Shown in pieces: positions 50,184 to 63,005 of a DNA stretch of 64,000 bases. The stretch spans positions 1,177,718 to 1,241,717 of the forward strand of contig NW_003314286.1 of assembly GCF_000143415.4 (NCBI RefSeq), written 5' to 3'. Every line of letters starts with the position of its first letter. Positions within the stretch are counted from its first letter, which is position 1. The DNA is from Selaginella moellendorffii. Taxonomy: Eukaryota; Plantae; Lycopodiophyta. The translations under genes and the position numbers were made by a program. A model generated the notes under the pieces. It was not told the origin of the DNA. It was given only the letters and a program-made list of their open reading frames with translations, and did not search any database.

Positions 50184-53100
50184 TGTAAGGAACCAACTCA
50201 CTGAAGTATTGTAGCCTAAAGGATCCCCAAAAGCATGACCAAAATGATAAAAAGTTCATTGGATGGGACCGAGTCTGAGATCGAGTTTAAGACCGACTCT
50301 GAGACCAAGTTCGAGATAGAGTCCAGAATCGAGTTTGAGGCCGACTCCGAGACCGAGTTCGAGACAGAGTCCGAGATCTGAGATTGGGTCCACGACCGAG
50401 TCTGAGGTTGAGTCCGAGGTCAAGTCTGAGATCGAGTCTGAGACTGAGTCCGAAGTCGGGTCCGAAATTGAGTCTGAGATCGAGTCCAAGACCGAGTCCG
50501 AATACTAATATAGGTCAAGGGGTGAAAGCCCAAAGCATGTGTCTCCCGGGGGGGGGGGGCTGTAGGGGGTTCCAAAAGTAATAGTAGGGATAGTGAGGTC
50601 TAGGAACCAATCTTGAAGGAACTCTCCAGTAGTGCTTCCAAATTGACTTAAGGTTGAAACTGGGGCCAAAGGGCCTTAGGTGGGAGTTAGCATGGACTCG
50701 AGTGGTGCCAGAGGGGCCATCCAAGGAAGTGCTCAAGAGCAGCTCCCACTCCTAGAAGGGAAACCGACTGCAGTGCTCCTAACTCATGTGGAGTGGTGCC
50801 TCACTTGAGTACCTTGTAGCTCATTGGTCCTCGCCCTTCCTAGGGGCTTGGGCCTTCCCTTCAGGATGGAAGTGGGGGGGTAGAGGTACCCACACCGGGC
50901 CATTAGGCTGCAGTGTTTAGCCCCGGTGTCCCGAAGCAAGTGTTGCACCCAAGGTTTGGGATTTAGAGAGTCCCATGATCAAGTCTTGTTGTACCAAGGG
51001 ATGTTAGGAATCTGGAAGCTTGGTGTGCTTGGCTGCTTGTGCCTACAGGGAATGTAGCCAAACCTTAAGTCTAGTCTAACCCAGGGAGGGGGATTGGGAG
51101 AGATTTGGGAATCTATGGATGGGTGGCTAAACTCCGTTACTCGTGCAGTGAGTAGCTGAAACCAAGTAGGACCAAGTAGGAGTTGGTACAATAGGCGGGA
51201 ACCTTAGCAAGGGAACTTAGCAAAAGCCAAGACAGTGTTGGTCGAACAGATGAGGTAAGCTAGCAAATTGGAAAGGAAAAATTTGTGGCTTACAATTTGG
51301 TATCAGAGCCTTTTTCCTCAGTTCTAGTGAAGGATAGAGGCGGATTGCTGGGAGATGGCAAAGGCAGGGCAGAAACGAACCAAGGTGGAGACAGAACCTC
51401 TGCTAGAGTTGGAGCCTTTGGTCGAATAAGAGGCTATGGATGAGGAATCCTTGCATGAGGAAACTTCCAAACAAGAGTCCGGTGGTGAGGTTTGGTTGTC
51501 TAAGGCTCGATTGAACATTCTAGAAGGACAATTGGCACAGACTAATGCCCTGCTAGAGACTCTCATATGCAAGCTAAAGCGTGACGAGAAGCGGAAGAAA
51601 AAGCAAAAGATTGCTGATGCTGGTAGCACAAAAGGTGCGGACCCTTCGGTAGGGACTGAGGTAGAACCAAACAAGGTCGAACAGATCGAAGTGGAATCAG
51701 TCCCTCAAGCAGTTCCAAAGTACAAACCAAAGCCCCCACCGGTCTTCAAGGGAGTGAACGACTATAAAGTGGTGGAGGATTAGTTTTACAATATGGAGGA
51801 TTACTTCCGAGCATTGCAGTTACCGAGCTCGGAGAAGGTGCCATGTGCAAAACCATACTTGGCAGATAATGCTAAGTCTTGGTGGAGAACGACGGAGGCC
51901 AATGAAGGACCAGTGGCCACTTGGGAAATGATGAAGGCGAGGATCCACTGACATACATTCCTCCGAATGCTACTTTGCACCTAAGGGATAAGCTGAGTAG
52001 GTTGAAGCAGATCGGAACCATTCAAGAGTATGTGAATGGATTTATAGCAAAAAGGATATTGGTCACGGATATGGGTGATATGGATGCATTCCATGCCTTC
52101 ATATCAGGCTTGTAAACCTGGGCTCGCGGCGAGGCGATGCGTTGGAACCCAACCAATTACAAAGAAGTGTTGGATGCGGCTATTAAGGTGCATTTCAACG
52201 ATAACTTGCGAAAGGGGAACATGACGGGGTCGGGGTCCACATTTAGCAAAGGGGCCAAACCAAGGGGAACATATAGCAAAGGGAAATTCAAGAAGAGTTT
52301 CTCTAAGAATGAGTCCTCGGGGTTCCAAAAAGGCAGATCCGGTAGCTAGCGAGCGAGTACGTGGGGGAGTCAAGCAAAACGAGACATACCCACGGATAAG
52401 AAGGGCAAGTCAGTTAGCAATATGGGAAACAACGTATGCTACAACTGCGGTGGAGTGGGACACTTCTCGAGGGAATATCCCTATCTAAAGAAGGCTAGAG
52501 CCAATATAACCATTAAGTCGGGTGAAATCCAAATGGAGGTACGTGATCCAGTCCCTAACTCAAAGTTACTCATTACATGAGCAACTTTGGTAGAGAGTGG
52601 TTTGCAACATCTACTAGCCCTCCGAGGGAAGCTTGGAGGTAGCTTTGTTAAGATCGTTATTGACACGAGTGCTTCGGATAATTTTGTGGCTGCAGACATA
52701 GTCCAGCAAGCCAGACTAACGGTGCAGCGGTTGGGCGAACCAAGGACTATAAAGTTTGTTCAAGGAAGCCAAAGCACCGATGAAGTACTTCGACAAGCGA
52801 GAGTCGAAGTAGGGACATGGAAAGTAGATATGGATTTCACCATGTTGGACATGGCAGGATTTGACGTAATCTTCGGGATGGATTGGTTCTATTGGTTCGT
52901 GGTAGTCCTGCATGAACAAGGTAGGAACCTTGTGGTACTAGCGAATGCCCAAGGAAGAAGATCCAGGATGGAGGCCCAAGATCTAAAGGTAGGGCAATGC
53001 AAGGCCAAAGATTCCTACTTAAACCTAGTGTCCACGAGAGGACAACTCAGCAAAGGAACTAAAGCAGCATTTTGTGCTTACTCTCAGTGAAGAGTGACAA

Positions 53101-54630
53101 AAAGACGGGAATGGAAAAAGTATCTTTAGTGATCCAGTGAGTGTTGGACCAATTCCAGGATACCATGCCAAAGGAGCTACCGGTGGGGCTACCCCCTGCA
53201 CGACCGATAGAATATAAGATTGAGCTAGTTGAGGGTGCTAAGGCAGTGGTTCGTCCCCCCTATCGTTTGAACGAAAAAGAACTCGAGGAGCTCAAGTGCC
53301 AACTAGAGGAGTTGGTGGACAAAGGGTATGTTAGGTTGAGCAAGTCGCCGTATGGGGCATCGGTGTTATTTGTGAAAAAGAAAGATGGATCTATGCGCAT
53401 GTGCATAGATTACCGGTTGCTCAACAAGTATACAAAGAAGAACAAATACCTTTTACCAAGGATTGAGGACCTGTTCGATAAGTTGGGAAAGGCAAAATAC
53501 TTCTCGAGGATTGACCTAAGGTTAGGATACTACCAAATCAGGGTAGCAGAGGAAGATGTCGAGAAGACAACCTGTCGAACAAGGTATGGGAGCTTTGAGT
53601 TTCTGGTGATGCCTTTTGGGCTATGCAATGCGTCGGCAACGTTTTCGACGTTGATGAACCACATCTTTGTACCTTATCTGGATCACTTTGTGATCATCTA
53701 TATTGACGACATATTAGCTATTTATTCCTAGAGATATTTATACGGACAATGTGGCAACAAAACACTTCTTGTCACAGCCCGACCTGAGAGGGTAATAGGG
53801 TCAGTGGGCCAATGCTTTGGCCGAGTTTGATTGCAAGATTTTGTATAAGCCTGGGAAGAGCAACATCGTGGCGGATGTGCTAAGTCGAAAAGCGAGCTTG
53901 AAGTTAGTGTTATCCAGCGCGATAGCAACCTTTTGGGATGATGTGTAGACAGCATATGAGAACGATGGTCTAGCACAAAAAGTGTTGTTGAGGAATCTAG
54001 AGGCACGAAAAGCTCACCAGAGAGGTGAGCTGCTAACGAAAGGGAAAACGGGCTATGTGGAACGCAACAGACTCATCTATTACAAGAAAATGAGGGTGTA
54101 TGTTCCAGAAGGGGAATTAAGGAAGGTAGCCTTAGAAGAGTGTTATGATGGACCTCTTGCAGGACACAGCGGAATGCCCAAGACAATGGGCTTACTCAAG
54201 AGGAAGTATCACTAGCCAGATATGGCTAAGGACATCCAAGACTATGTAAAGACATGTCCAACATGTTAGCAGGTCAAAGCCGTGACTAAGGCAAGTGGGG
54301 GCTTGTTACAAAGCATCCCAATTCCAAATCGTCCATGGAAATGTCTTACGATGGACTTCATCACGGGACTCCCCCCAAGCGAGGGGTTCAATGCGATATT
54401 CCTGGTGGTGGACCGATTTTTGAAGATGGCACATTTCATACCCACCACAACAGAAGTGGATGCGGAAGGTGTGGCAAAACTGTTCTTTGAACAAGTGGTT
54501 CGAGTGTAGGGAAGGCCAGAAGAGATCATCTCAGATCGAGATAACATCTTCACCAGTAGGTTCTAGAGAACCCTCCTAGAACAGTATCGCACCAAGTTGA
54601 AATTCAGCACAACCTATCACCCATAGACAG

Positions 54631-54677
54631 GTATTGGGTATTAAGTCAAGTTTGATAGCACTAACACTTTTTGACAG
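54631..54677 (+). other. 47-nt GT-AG intron-like insert in the integrase core
   Basis: GTATTG...CACTAAC...TTTTTGACAG; removal restores YHP(Q)TDGQTERVNR. Confidence 0.75.
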
Positions 54678-55095
54678 ACGGACAAACGGAAAGGGTGAAT
54701 AGGTAGCTAGAGGATTATTTGCGATGCTATGTCTTGGGAGACCAGATTGATTGGGTAAGTCATTTGGGACTTGCAGAAATGTGTTATAACAACTCACCAC
54801 ATTCGAGTATCGGGGTGAGTCCATGGGAAGTCATCAATGGGCGAGCTATTGAAGGTCCTATGGAACTTGGCATGGTCGAGTATCATGGAGAGTTACCCGC
54901 AGTGGAGGCATTCACGGCGGAAAAACTCAACATTTGGAATCTAATGAGGGATTCCTTGGAATGGGCCCAACAAAGGCAAACCAAGTATGCAAACCAAAAG
55001 CACCGGGATGTAGAGTTCCAAGTTGGGGAGAAGGTGTGGCTGAACACCAAGAACCTCAGGCTACCAAGTGGGATTAGCCGGAAGCTGACCCAAAG

Positions 55096-55147
55096 GTAAA
55101 AATGCATGTATTCCTTTAAATGAATTGATCTTAAGTTCCTTAAGTAG
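55096..55147 (+). other. 52-nt GT-AG intron-like insert just before the integrase GPY motif
   Basis: GTAAAA...TAAGTAG; removal restores KLTQRFAGPYEI. Confidence 0.75.
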
Positions 55148-55196
55148 ATTCGCGGGGCCTTACGAGATTGAGGCACGAATCGGTAAAGTGGCTTAC

Positions 55197-58100
55197 TGTG
55201 AGACACAAAATCCCTAGGCCCCAAAGTGGAGCCGGAAAGGGTGCCACGTGGTAGTGGCTGAAGCGAGAGCCAAACGAGCGTAACACGTTTGGACCAAAAG
55301 CTCCGACTTGAAAAGTCAAGAGCGGGAGTGGAACTCCCAAAGAAGTGCTCAAGGAACGAGCACGAAGCGAGCAAAAAGTGAGGCTCCAAAAAGGGACCCA
55401 AAAGGACCAACACATGACACGTGGAAGTGTCCGAGATGGACTCGAGTTGGAGTCCGAAGTGGAGTCCGAGATGGACTTGAGTTGGAGTCCGAAGTGGAGT
55501 CCGAGATGGACCCGAGTTGGAGTCCGAAGTGGAGTCCGAGATGGACCCGAGATGGAGTCCGACGTGGACCCGAGATGGACCCGAAATGGAGTCCGAGATG
55601 GAGTCCGAGGTGGACCCGAGATGGACCCGAAATGGAGTCCAAGATGGAGTCCGAGATGGACCCGAGATGGAGTCCGAGATGGACCCGAAATGGAGTCCGA
55701 GGTGGACCCGAGATGGACCCGAAATGGAGTCCGAGATGGAGTCCGAGATGGACCCGAGATGGACCCGAAATGGACCCGAAATGGAGTCCGAGATGGACCC
55801 GAGATGGAGTCCGAGATGGACCCGAGATGGAGTCCGAGATGGACCCGAGATGGAGTCCGAGATGGAGTCCGAGATGGAGTCCGAAGTCGAGACCGAGACC
55901 GGGACCGAGACCGAGACCGAGACCGAGATCGGGACCGAGAACGAGACCGAGGCCGAGGCCGAGACCGAGGCCGAGCCCGAGTCCGAGTCCGATTCCGAGT
56001 CTGAGTCCGAGTCCGAGTCCGAGTTCGAGTCTGAGAGGGTGAAAGCCCAAAGCGTTCGTCTCCCAGACCCTGGGGGGTTTGGTGAGCTCCAAAAGTATAG
56101 TAGGGGGAGGACTACAGTGGAGCCAGTTTGGCCAGGAAAGGCCAGTTTGGCCCAGGAAGGCCAGACCCAGTGTTGGGTGATGAGCTGCCCACTGGGAAGT
56201 CCAAGACTAGAGTGAACACAGACCGACAAGTGGGGTAGCTTGGTGAAGTGTTCAAGAGCCGGCTCTAGTTCCCCCGGGAGATCGACTGGCCGATGCTCCC
56301 AGTCCAAGTGTGGGTGGCACTACCTACTTGGATACCTGGTGTGGCTCAACGGAACCCGCTCTAAGCCCATGGCTAGAGCACCCAAGGGCAGAAGGCGAGG
56401 AGAGTACCCAGGTGGCTCGCGTAAGGCCACGGTGTTCCGAAATGTTGTCCCAAAGGCCCAGACTGTGGAAAGGAAGAGGAGCAGTCCTCTGGGGTAGTGA
56501 CCAAGGACACAGTCGTGTGGTGAGGAAGTCCCAGAGGACCGTGGGACTTAGTGGTCGGGCCTGTGGGTCTCGATCCAGTGGCAGTGTTGGCAAACACGGC
56601 CAGGGGCAGAAAGGGACTTAGTGGGGACTGACAGAGGGATATTGGGGAAGGCTATTCCCCTTGTCGGTGGGCATCCTAAGGATGCTAAGGAGTGGATCTG
56701 AGATGACCACTCACGGATGGTTTGCCTAGTCTTGGAGGGCCAAGACGGTGATGCAAGTGGTGTTGGACAACCAGTGTGACTAAGGTAAATGGGCATGGCC
56801 TTAGCGTAACGGGCCGGTACGTCGGTGATACCTTGGGGTGTCGATCATGGGATCGGACACGTGGAGCACTTGGACCAAGTGCTAAGGTTGAGTGGCATGG
56901 ATGCCATTCTCGGGGCTAGCAAGCCCCAAGTCCTGAGTTGGACTTATGGAGGTTGTCAATGAGACTCCTCCAAGTGGTCAGAGGTGTGGTTAAGTGACTA
57001 AAGTAAAATGCAAAATTTAGTCGCTTACAACTTGGTATCGGAGCTGTTCCTTAGTCCGACTTTTATTGGTGCTCAAGTATATCACCACTAGTGTTGGCAT
57101 CGGAAGGTCCGAGGAGTGGGCTTATCCTTGAGGAGTAGCAAGTCAGGAAGACATGGCTCTCCATTACAGTTCATGTGTGAACTTGTAAACGAGGTGGTGG
57201 ATAGAAAAGGGCCAATAATGGAACGACTTTGGGATCTTGGGAACAGTGCAAGGTTTTCCTCATTGAGTTGAGGATGTGATCCGGATGAGCATTTGTCTCA
57301 GCAAATTGGCTAAGGTTGTTGTGGTAAACAACTAAAGTTGGGATCACGGGAAAGATAGAGACTCCAAAACAATAAAGGAGTCACAAGATTATCCTCATAT
57401 AGTTGAGGTTGGTGCTCATGAATGTGAGACCAAAGGTAATGACTGTGGGAGGTCAAATACGGAAGAGGACTCAAGTCCTTGAAATGGTAGCCGGGGCTAC
57501 CTTTAATAAATGCTGGAAAAACCCAAGGAATTGGGGGTGTACTTAGAGATGAGTTGGTATTCTCATCACATGGACAAGTAGTCCTAAGGGGCAAAGGTTG
57601 CCCAGAGAACAAAATCAAGTGTCGGAGTAACACTTGTGAAAATAGTCCTTTTGAATAGGACAGGAATGCAAGAAGTGTATTCCAGTGAGCTAGTGCCTCA
57701 CAAGTAGGACCTTACAGGTCTGTGGATTAACCAAGTCCAAAACTGCTGGATGACTCAAGTAGAGTCAAGGGATGGTCCTAAAAGGACTGATGGAAGCATT
57801 TGGACTGAGGTGTGTTGTACCCCACAAAGGATGGGGGGGGGATCATAGGATCCAAGGATGAGAACAGAGGGTATCTCATTGATGGCAAAATGTGCCATGC
57901 TAAAGTTATAGGAAAGGTGTTCCCAGAAGAAAACAACTTTGACATAAAGTTGTGTGTGACCTCTATAGGGCAGTGCTAATGGATGGTTAGCATGAGAAAG
58001 AGCGGTGTTGGTCTTGGCAAAGACTTAGACACGAAGGGGAAATGTCATAGAGGTAGGCTCGTGGAGCCGATGGTGTGGAGACACCAAATGTGCCAAGGTG

Positions 58101-61100
58101 TGATACCTTAAGGCTATGTTGGTGGGTTCATGAGAACCCCTTGCCAAAGGAATCCCAATGGAAATGGGAATGGCATAGCCTAAGCTGCAGAGCATGCAAT
58201 TGGAGTGTGGTGACCCAGATAATGATGGAGGTGTGAAAGCACCAAGCAATGAGTTGTAGGACTTGACAACTATGAGGCAACTAAGCCAGAGGTGCAAAAT
58301 AACTGGTTAAACGGGTAGAAGGTAACTACCCAAGACTTCTTAATAGCATAAGGAAGTTGGATATACCCTTACGGGGGATAAGTTGCTTGTGTTGCGATAT
58401 AGTAAGTCAATGTCATAAAAGGAAATACTCGTTGTCAAGAAAGCCATCATTGGGACACCCGGACACTCTAGAACACCAGAAGGTGGTGTTTGATGTCGCG
58501 AGGGCAATGGATAAAGCCCAAGGGACTAAGTCCCTAGCGAATGATGGATAGAAGGTGCTATCCAAATGTCCAAGGTTGCGGAGACAGGAGAGGACTGTCT
58601 ACCCGAGTTGGACAAAGCCAAAAATGGAATTTTGGCAAGGCTAGTGATGGGCATGTAAAGGCCCATAAGCAACAATGTAATCCCAGTGTGTGGGATTATA
58701 AGGTGAGCATACCCGGATTGAGGAACCACTCCCTAGGCTACTGGGTAGGTTCATCCCTAAGAATACTTGCTAAAGCGTGATAGAAAGTGCAAAGCTATCC
58801 TCCTGGTTTGGAGGAGAATGACCAAAGGAAAGGTGTGAAGCCAAAAAGCAAGGAGTAAGGGGATAGAACCGAACCATAGGAATCAAAGGGCATAACCAAG
58901 GTTGGTTATGCCAGCTGGGAGTGGAGAATTAAGTGGGGGCTCAAGGGTGTTGCCGCTAGCAACCGTGATGCCATGGAGAGTCTAAAATATGGAATTGTCC
59001 ATGTTAGACTATGTGACATTTTGAAGGCTTGCAAAAAGGGAGGCCTTAGCAAGCTGAGGGACAGAGTTCCTTCAAGGTTCCCAAAGACGATTCCAGGTAG
59101 CTTAGTACCTAGAAAGGCCAAGTGTAAATGGTTCATGGAACGCGCGAAATCAGAGTGGCGCAGCAGAAGCGTGGTCTTGAAGCTTGCCATGAGGCAAGGC
59201 TATCAAGGTTAGGGAAGTAGTTCCCGAGTGTTCAAAGAGAGGGCTTTGAACGAAAGTCGATGGTCAAGGACTTTCACGCTTATGCAGGAACCATGTTACC
59301 GTGGTCAGAGGACTTGCCAAGCGAGATTGGCACGTCGGGGGAACAAATACCCTAGTTGAAGGTGATAACTTCAAAAAGGGTGGGCCATGGGGCCAAGCAT
59401 GGAGGAGTCCATGCATGATCACAGACATGTCAAGTGAGAGGACTTGGCAGTGTGGAGGAACTAAGTTCCTAAACTGTGATCTGTAGCGCGCTTTAAAAAT
59501 AAGTTGGTGCACCGGCGTGGGGAGTCACGCCAGGCATCTTGTGTGATGCCGTCCGTAGATGCATATACGGAGGTTGGGTTCGAGTCCCGACCCTCTAGTG
59601 CTTGGGTTCAAGTCCCAAATCACTAGGGCGTGGTGATGGTTTGGAATATGAGGACACTCCTATTTCGGTGGTCATGGACTCTCAGTGGGGAGACTGGTTT
59701 GGGCACACCGCCAAGCGAGGGATGCCTCGGAGTCATGATGCACGGTTAGATTGCTTAGTGTGAAAGCTCGGCATATCTAACTTGAATGCTTTGGTGCAAG
59801 TGGCACCAAGGACGTGGTGAGTGAGATGGGGACACCTAATCTCAGTTGCTATGGACCCTTAGCCGGAAGGGCTGGCTTGGGCACACCGCCAAGTGTGGGG
59901 GATGCCCCCGGGGTCGTAGTTAACAAGTTAAAGGTCTGGAAGACCTAGTACTTATTGGCAAACCTATTAAGGTGCCAAGGTGAGATCACTAGGTGATCTT
60001 GTGGCTAAATAGGGACAAGGTCCTTGTTTGGGTTAAGGAATAAGGTTCCTAGTTCAAAGTGTTGATTTGAACTATTGATGATGGTGTGGCTTGGTCAAGG
60101 TGACCAAGTGGGAAAAGCACCTTAGGGAAATGAGCTATGTCATTGCGATGGCATAGTGTGTCCAAGGAAAGTAGTCTCTAAAGAGACCCATGAGAGGGTC
60201 ACAAAGTTGGGCCGAGGATAGAGCCCACAGCAGAAAATGCTAAAAGAGACTTACTAGGGGTGAACACCCTAGTCTTGGCAAAGCAGAGCCTTTGCTATGG
60301 AATCAAAAGAATACCTCAAGGAGGGAGGTAGAGATTCAATATTGCTTGGTGCAACAATCAACGGATAGGAGCAAAAGATGAGTGGCCAAGATAGGGCCGT
60401 GGAATCCCTGGGAAGGAATCCAAGTGACAAAGTTAGGCAAGGAACACTAATGTGTTGGACGCTAACAAATTGCGGGAAAGGAAGTGTGTTTCCAAGGATG
60501 GATTCCGAATTGCTCCGATTTGGCGAAAGTGGAAGCTCCAAGGGAGGGAGCGGTAAGGTAGCCAAATGATAGGGCGATGGACAACCCTAGCACAAAGTGT
60601 GATAAATGGAACTTAGTGCCCAAGGTGGCACGAAATAGAAGAGAGGATGATGGTGCCCTCAAGTAATGAACTTCCTAGGATAGGGAAGTGGAGTCGCACA
60701 ATCTGTGCAATGCAATGTGTTGGAGACACCTAGGAAATTGACTTCCAAAAGTCAAAAGAGTAAAAGTTCCAAGGTGCAAACATTCACTAGAAGGAAATTG
60801 AGACTACTCAAGAAGGAGTAGTGGGATTGACTTAGAGAAGGGTCTTTAAGAGGTTTAGCGAGAACTAAACCAATAAAAGGAGAGAACCACTACATGTGGT
60901 CCAATCAGTCTCTAAGTTGGGGAGACTACCCTCCTTAGAGGATAGGCAAGGCATGATGAGCCTTTGGTGTCAAACCATTGAGGCATATGCAAAAGGCATG
61001 GTGAGCCTTCAATGTCAAACCATTGACAAATATTGGCTAGGTGCCAAGGATGAAAATGGTAACACATGTGAGTGTTACTTTACAAAATGGTTTACCGTTT

Positions 61101-63005
61101 GATGAGGACATCGAACTTCGTCTATGGGTGGTGGAGTTGTGAGACACAAAATCCCTAGGCCCCAAAGTGGAGCCGGAAAGGGTGCCACGTGGTAGTGGCT
61201 GAAGCGAGAGCCAAACGAGCGTAACACGTTTGGACCAAAAGCTCCGACTTGAAAAGTCAAGAGCAGGAGTGGAACTCCCAAAGAAGTGCTCAAGGAACGA
61301 GCACGAAGCGAGCAAAAAGCGAGGCTCCAAAAAGGGACCCAAAAGGACCAACACATGACACATGGAAGTGTCCGAGATGGACTCGAGTTGGAGTCCGAAG
61401 TGGAGTTCGAGATGGACTCGAGTTGGAGTCCAAAGTGGAGTCCGAGATGGACTCGAGTTGGAGTCCGAAGTGGAGTCCGAGATGGACTCGAGTTGGAGTC
61501 CGAAGTGGAGTCCGAGATGGACCCGAGTTGGAGTCCGAAGTGGAGTCCGAGATGGACCCGAGATGGAGTCCGAGGTGGACCCGAGATGGACCCGAAATGG
61601 AGTCCGAGATGGAGTCCGAGGTGGACCCGAGATGGACCCGAAATGGAGTCCAAGATGGAGTCCGAGATGGACCCGAGATGGAGTCCGAGATGGACCCGAA
61701 ATGGAGTCCGAGGTGGACCCGAGATGGACCCGAAATGGAGTCCGAGATGGAGTCCGAGATGGACCCGAGATGGACCCGAAATGGACCCGAAATGGAGTCC
61801 GAGATGGACCCGAGATGGAGTCCGAGATGGACCCGAGATGGAGTCCGAGATGGAGTCCAAGATGGAGTCCGAAGTCGAGACCGAGACCGGGACCGAGACC
61901 GAGACCGAGACCGAGATCGGGACCGAGAACGAGACCGAGGCCGAGGCCGAGACCGAGCCCGAGCCCGAGTCCGAGTCCGAGTCCGAGTCCGAGTCCGAGT
62001 TCGAGTCTGAGAGGGTGAAAGCCCAAAGCGTTCGTCTCCCAGACCCTGGGGGGTTTGGTGAGCTCCAAAAGTATAGTAGGGGGAGGACTGCAGTGGAGCC
62101 AGTTTGGCCAGGAAAGGCCAGTTTGGCCCAGGAAGGCTAGACCCAGTGTTGGGTGATGAGCTGCCCACTGGGAAGTCCAAGACTAGAGTGAACACAGACC
62201 GACAAGTGGGGTAGCTTGGTGAAGTGTTCAAGAGCCGGCTTTAGTTCCCCCGGGAGATCGACTGGCCGATGCTCCCAGTCCAAGTGTGGGTGGCACTACC
62301 TACTTGGATACCTGGTGTGGCTCAACGGAACCCGCTCTAAGCCCATGGCTAGAGCACCCAAGGGCAGAAGGCGAGGAGAGTACCCAGGTGGCTCGCGTAA
62401 GGCCACGGTGTTCCGAAATGTTGTCCCAAAGGCCCAGACTGTGGAAAGGAAGAGGAGCAGTCCTCTGGGTTAGTGACCAAGGACACAGTCGTGTGGTGAG
62501 GAAGTCCCAGAGGACCGTGGGACTTAGTGGTCGGGCCTGTGGGTCTCGATCCAGTGGCAGTGTTGGCAAACACGGCCAGGGGCAGAAAGGGACTTAGTGG
62601 GGACTGACAGAGGGATATTGGGGAAGGCTATTCCCCTTGTCGGTGGGCATCCTAAGGATGCTAAGGAGTGGATCTGAGATGACCACTCACGGATGGTTTG
62701 CCTAGTCTTGGAGGGCCAAGACGGTGATGCAAGTGGTGTTGGACCACCAGTGTGACTAAGGTAAATGGGCATGGCCTTAGCGTAACGGGCCGGTACGTCG
62801 GTGATACCTTGGGGTGTCGATCATGGGATCGGACACGTGGAGCACTTGGACCAAGTGCTAAGGTTGAGTGGCATGGATGCCATTCTCGGGGCTAGCAAGC
62901 CCCAAGTCCTGAGTTGGACTTATGGAGGTTGTCAATGAGACTCCTCCAAGTGGTCAGAGGTGTGGTTAAGTGACTAAAGTAAAATGCAAAATTTAGTCGC
63001 TTACA
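55197..63005 (+). mobile_element. Young complete LARD family A element (5' LTR 55197-57029, 3' LTR 61138-63005)
   Basis: Near-identical TG...CA LTRs, perfect TSD CTTAC (55192-55196, 63006-63010), PBS TGGTATCGGAGC 57033-57044, PPT GGGTGGTGGAGT 61126-61137, ~4.1-kb interior without a coherent ORF. Confidence 0.95.
55425..56035 (+). repeat. LTR-embedded minisatellite (GGAGTCCGAGAT / GGACCCGAGAT, then GAGACC and GAGTCC hexamers); also at 61365-62010, 47240-47660, 50265-50500, 63820-64000 and 9225-9630
   Basis: Tandem 11/12-mers and 6-mers that generate the many spurious repetitive ORFs. Confidence 0.92.

Noticed and set aside
52539-52593. Intron between gag and protease (GTACGT...GGTAG)
   Set aside because: The frame is continuous without splicing; the TGA is explained by CGA>TGA.
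56170-56200. Hammerhead ribozyme (retrozyme) in the LARD LTR
   Set aside because: The sequence is GTGATGAG rather than the CTGANGA core, and no correctly placed GAAA with pairing stems follows.
54883-56307. Long repetitive ORFs (RD/RS/ESE/SISD-rich) on both strands, also 61037-62231, 47107-47972 and 9061-9670
   Set aside because: Stop-free translations of the LTR minisatellite, open in several frames at once.
59570-59620. tRNA gene
   Set aside because: Only T-arm-like hairpins; no D-arm, anticodon arm or acceptor stem could be built.
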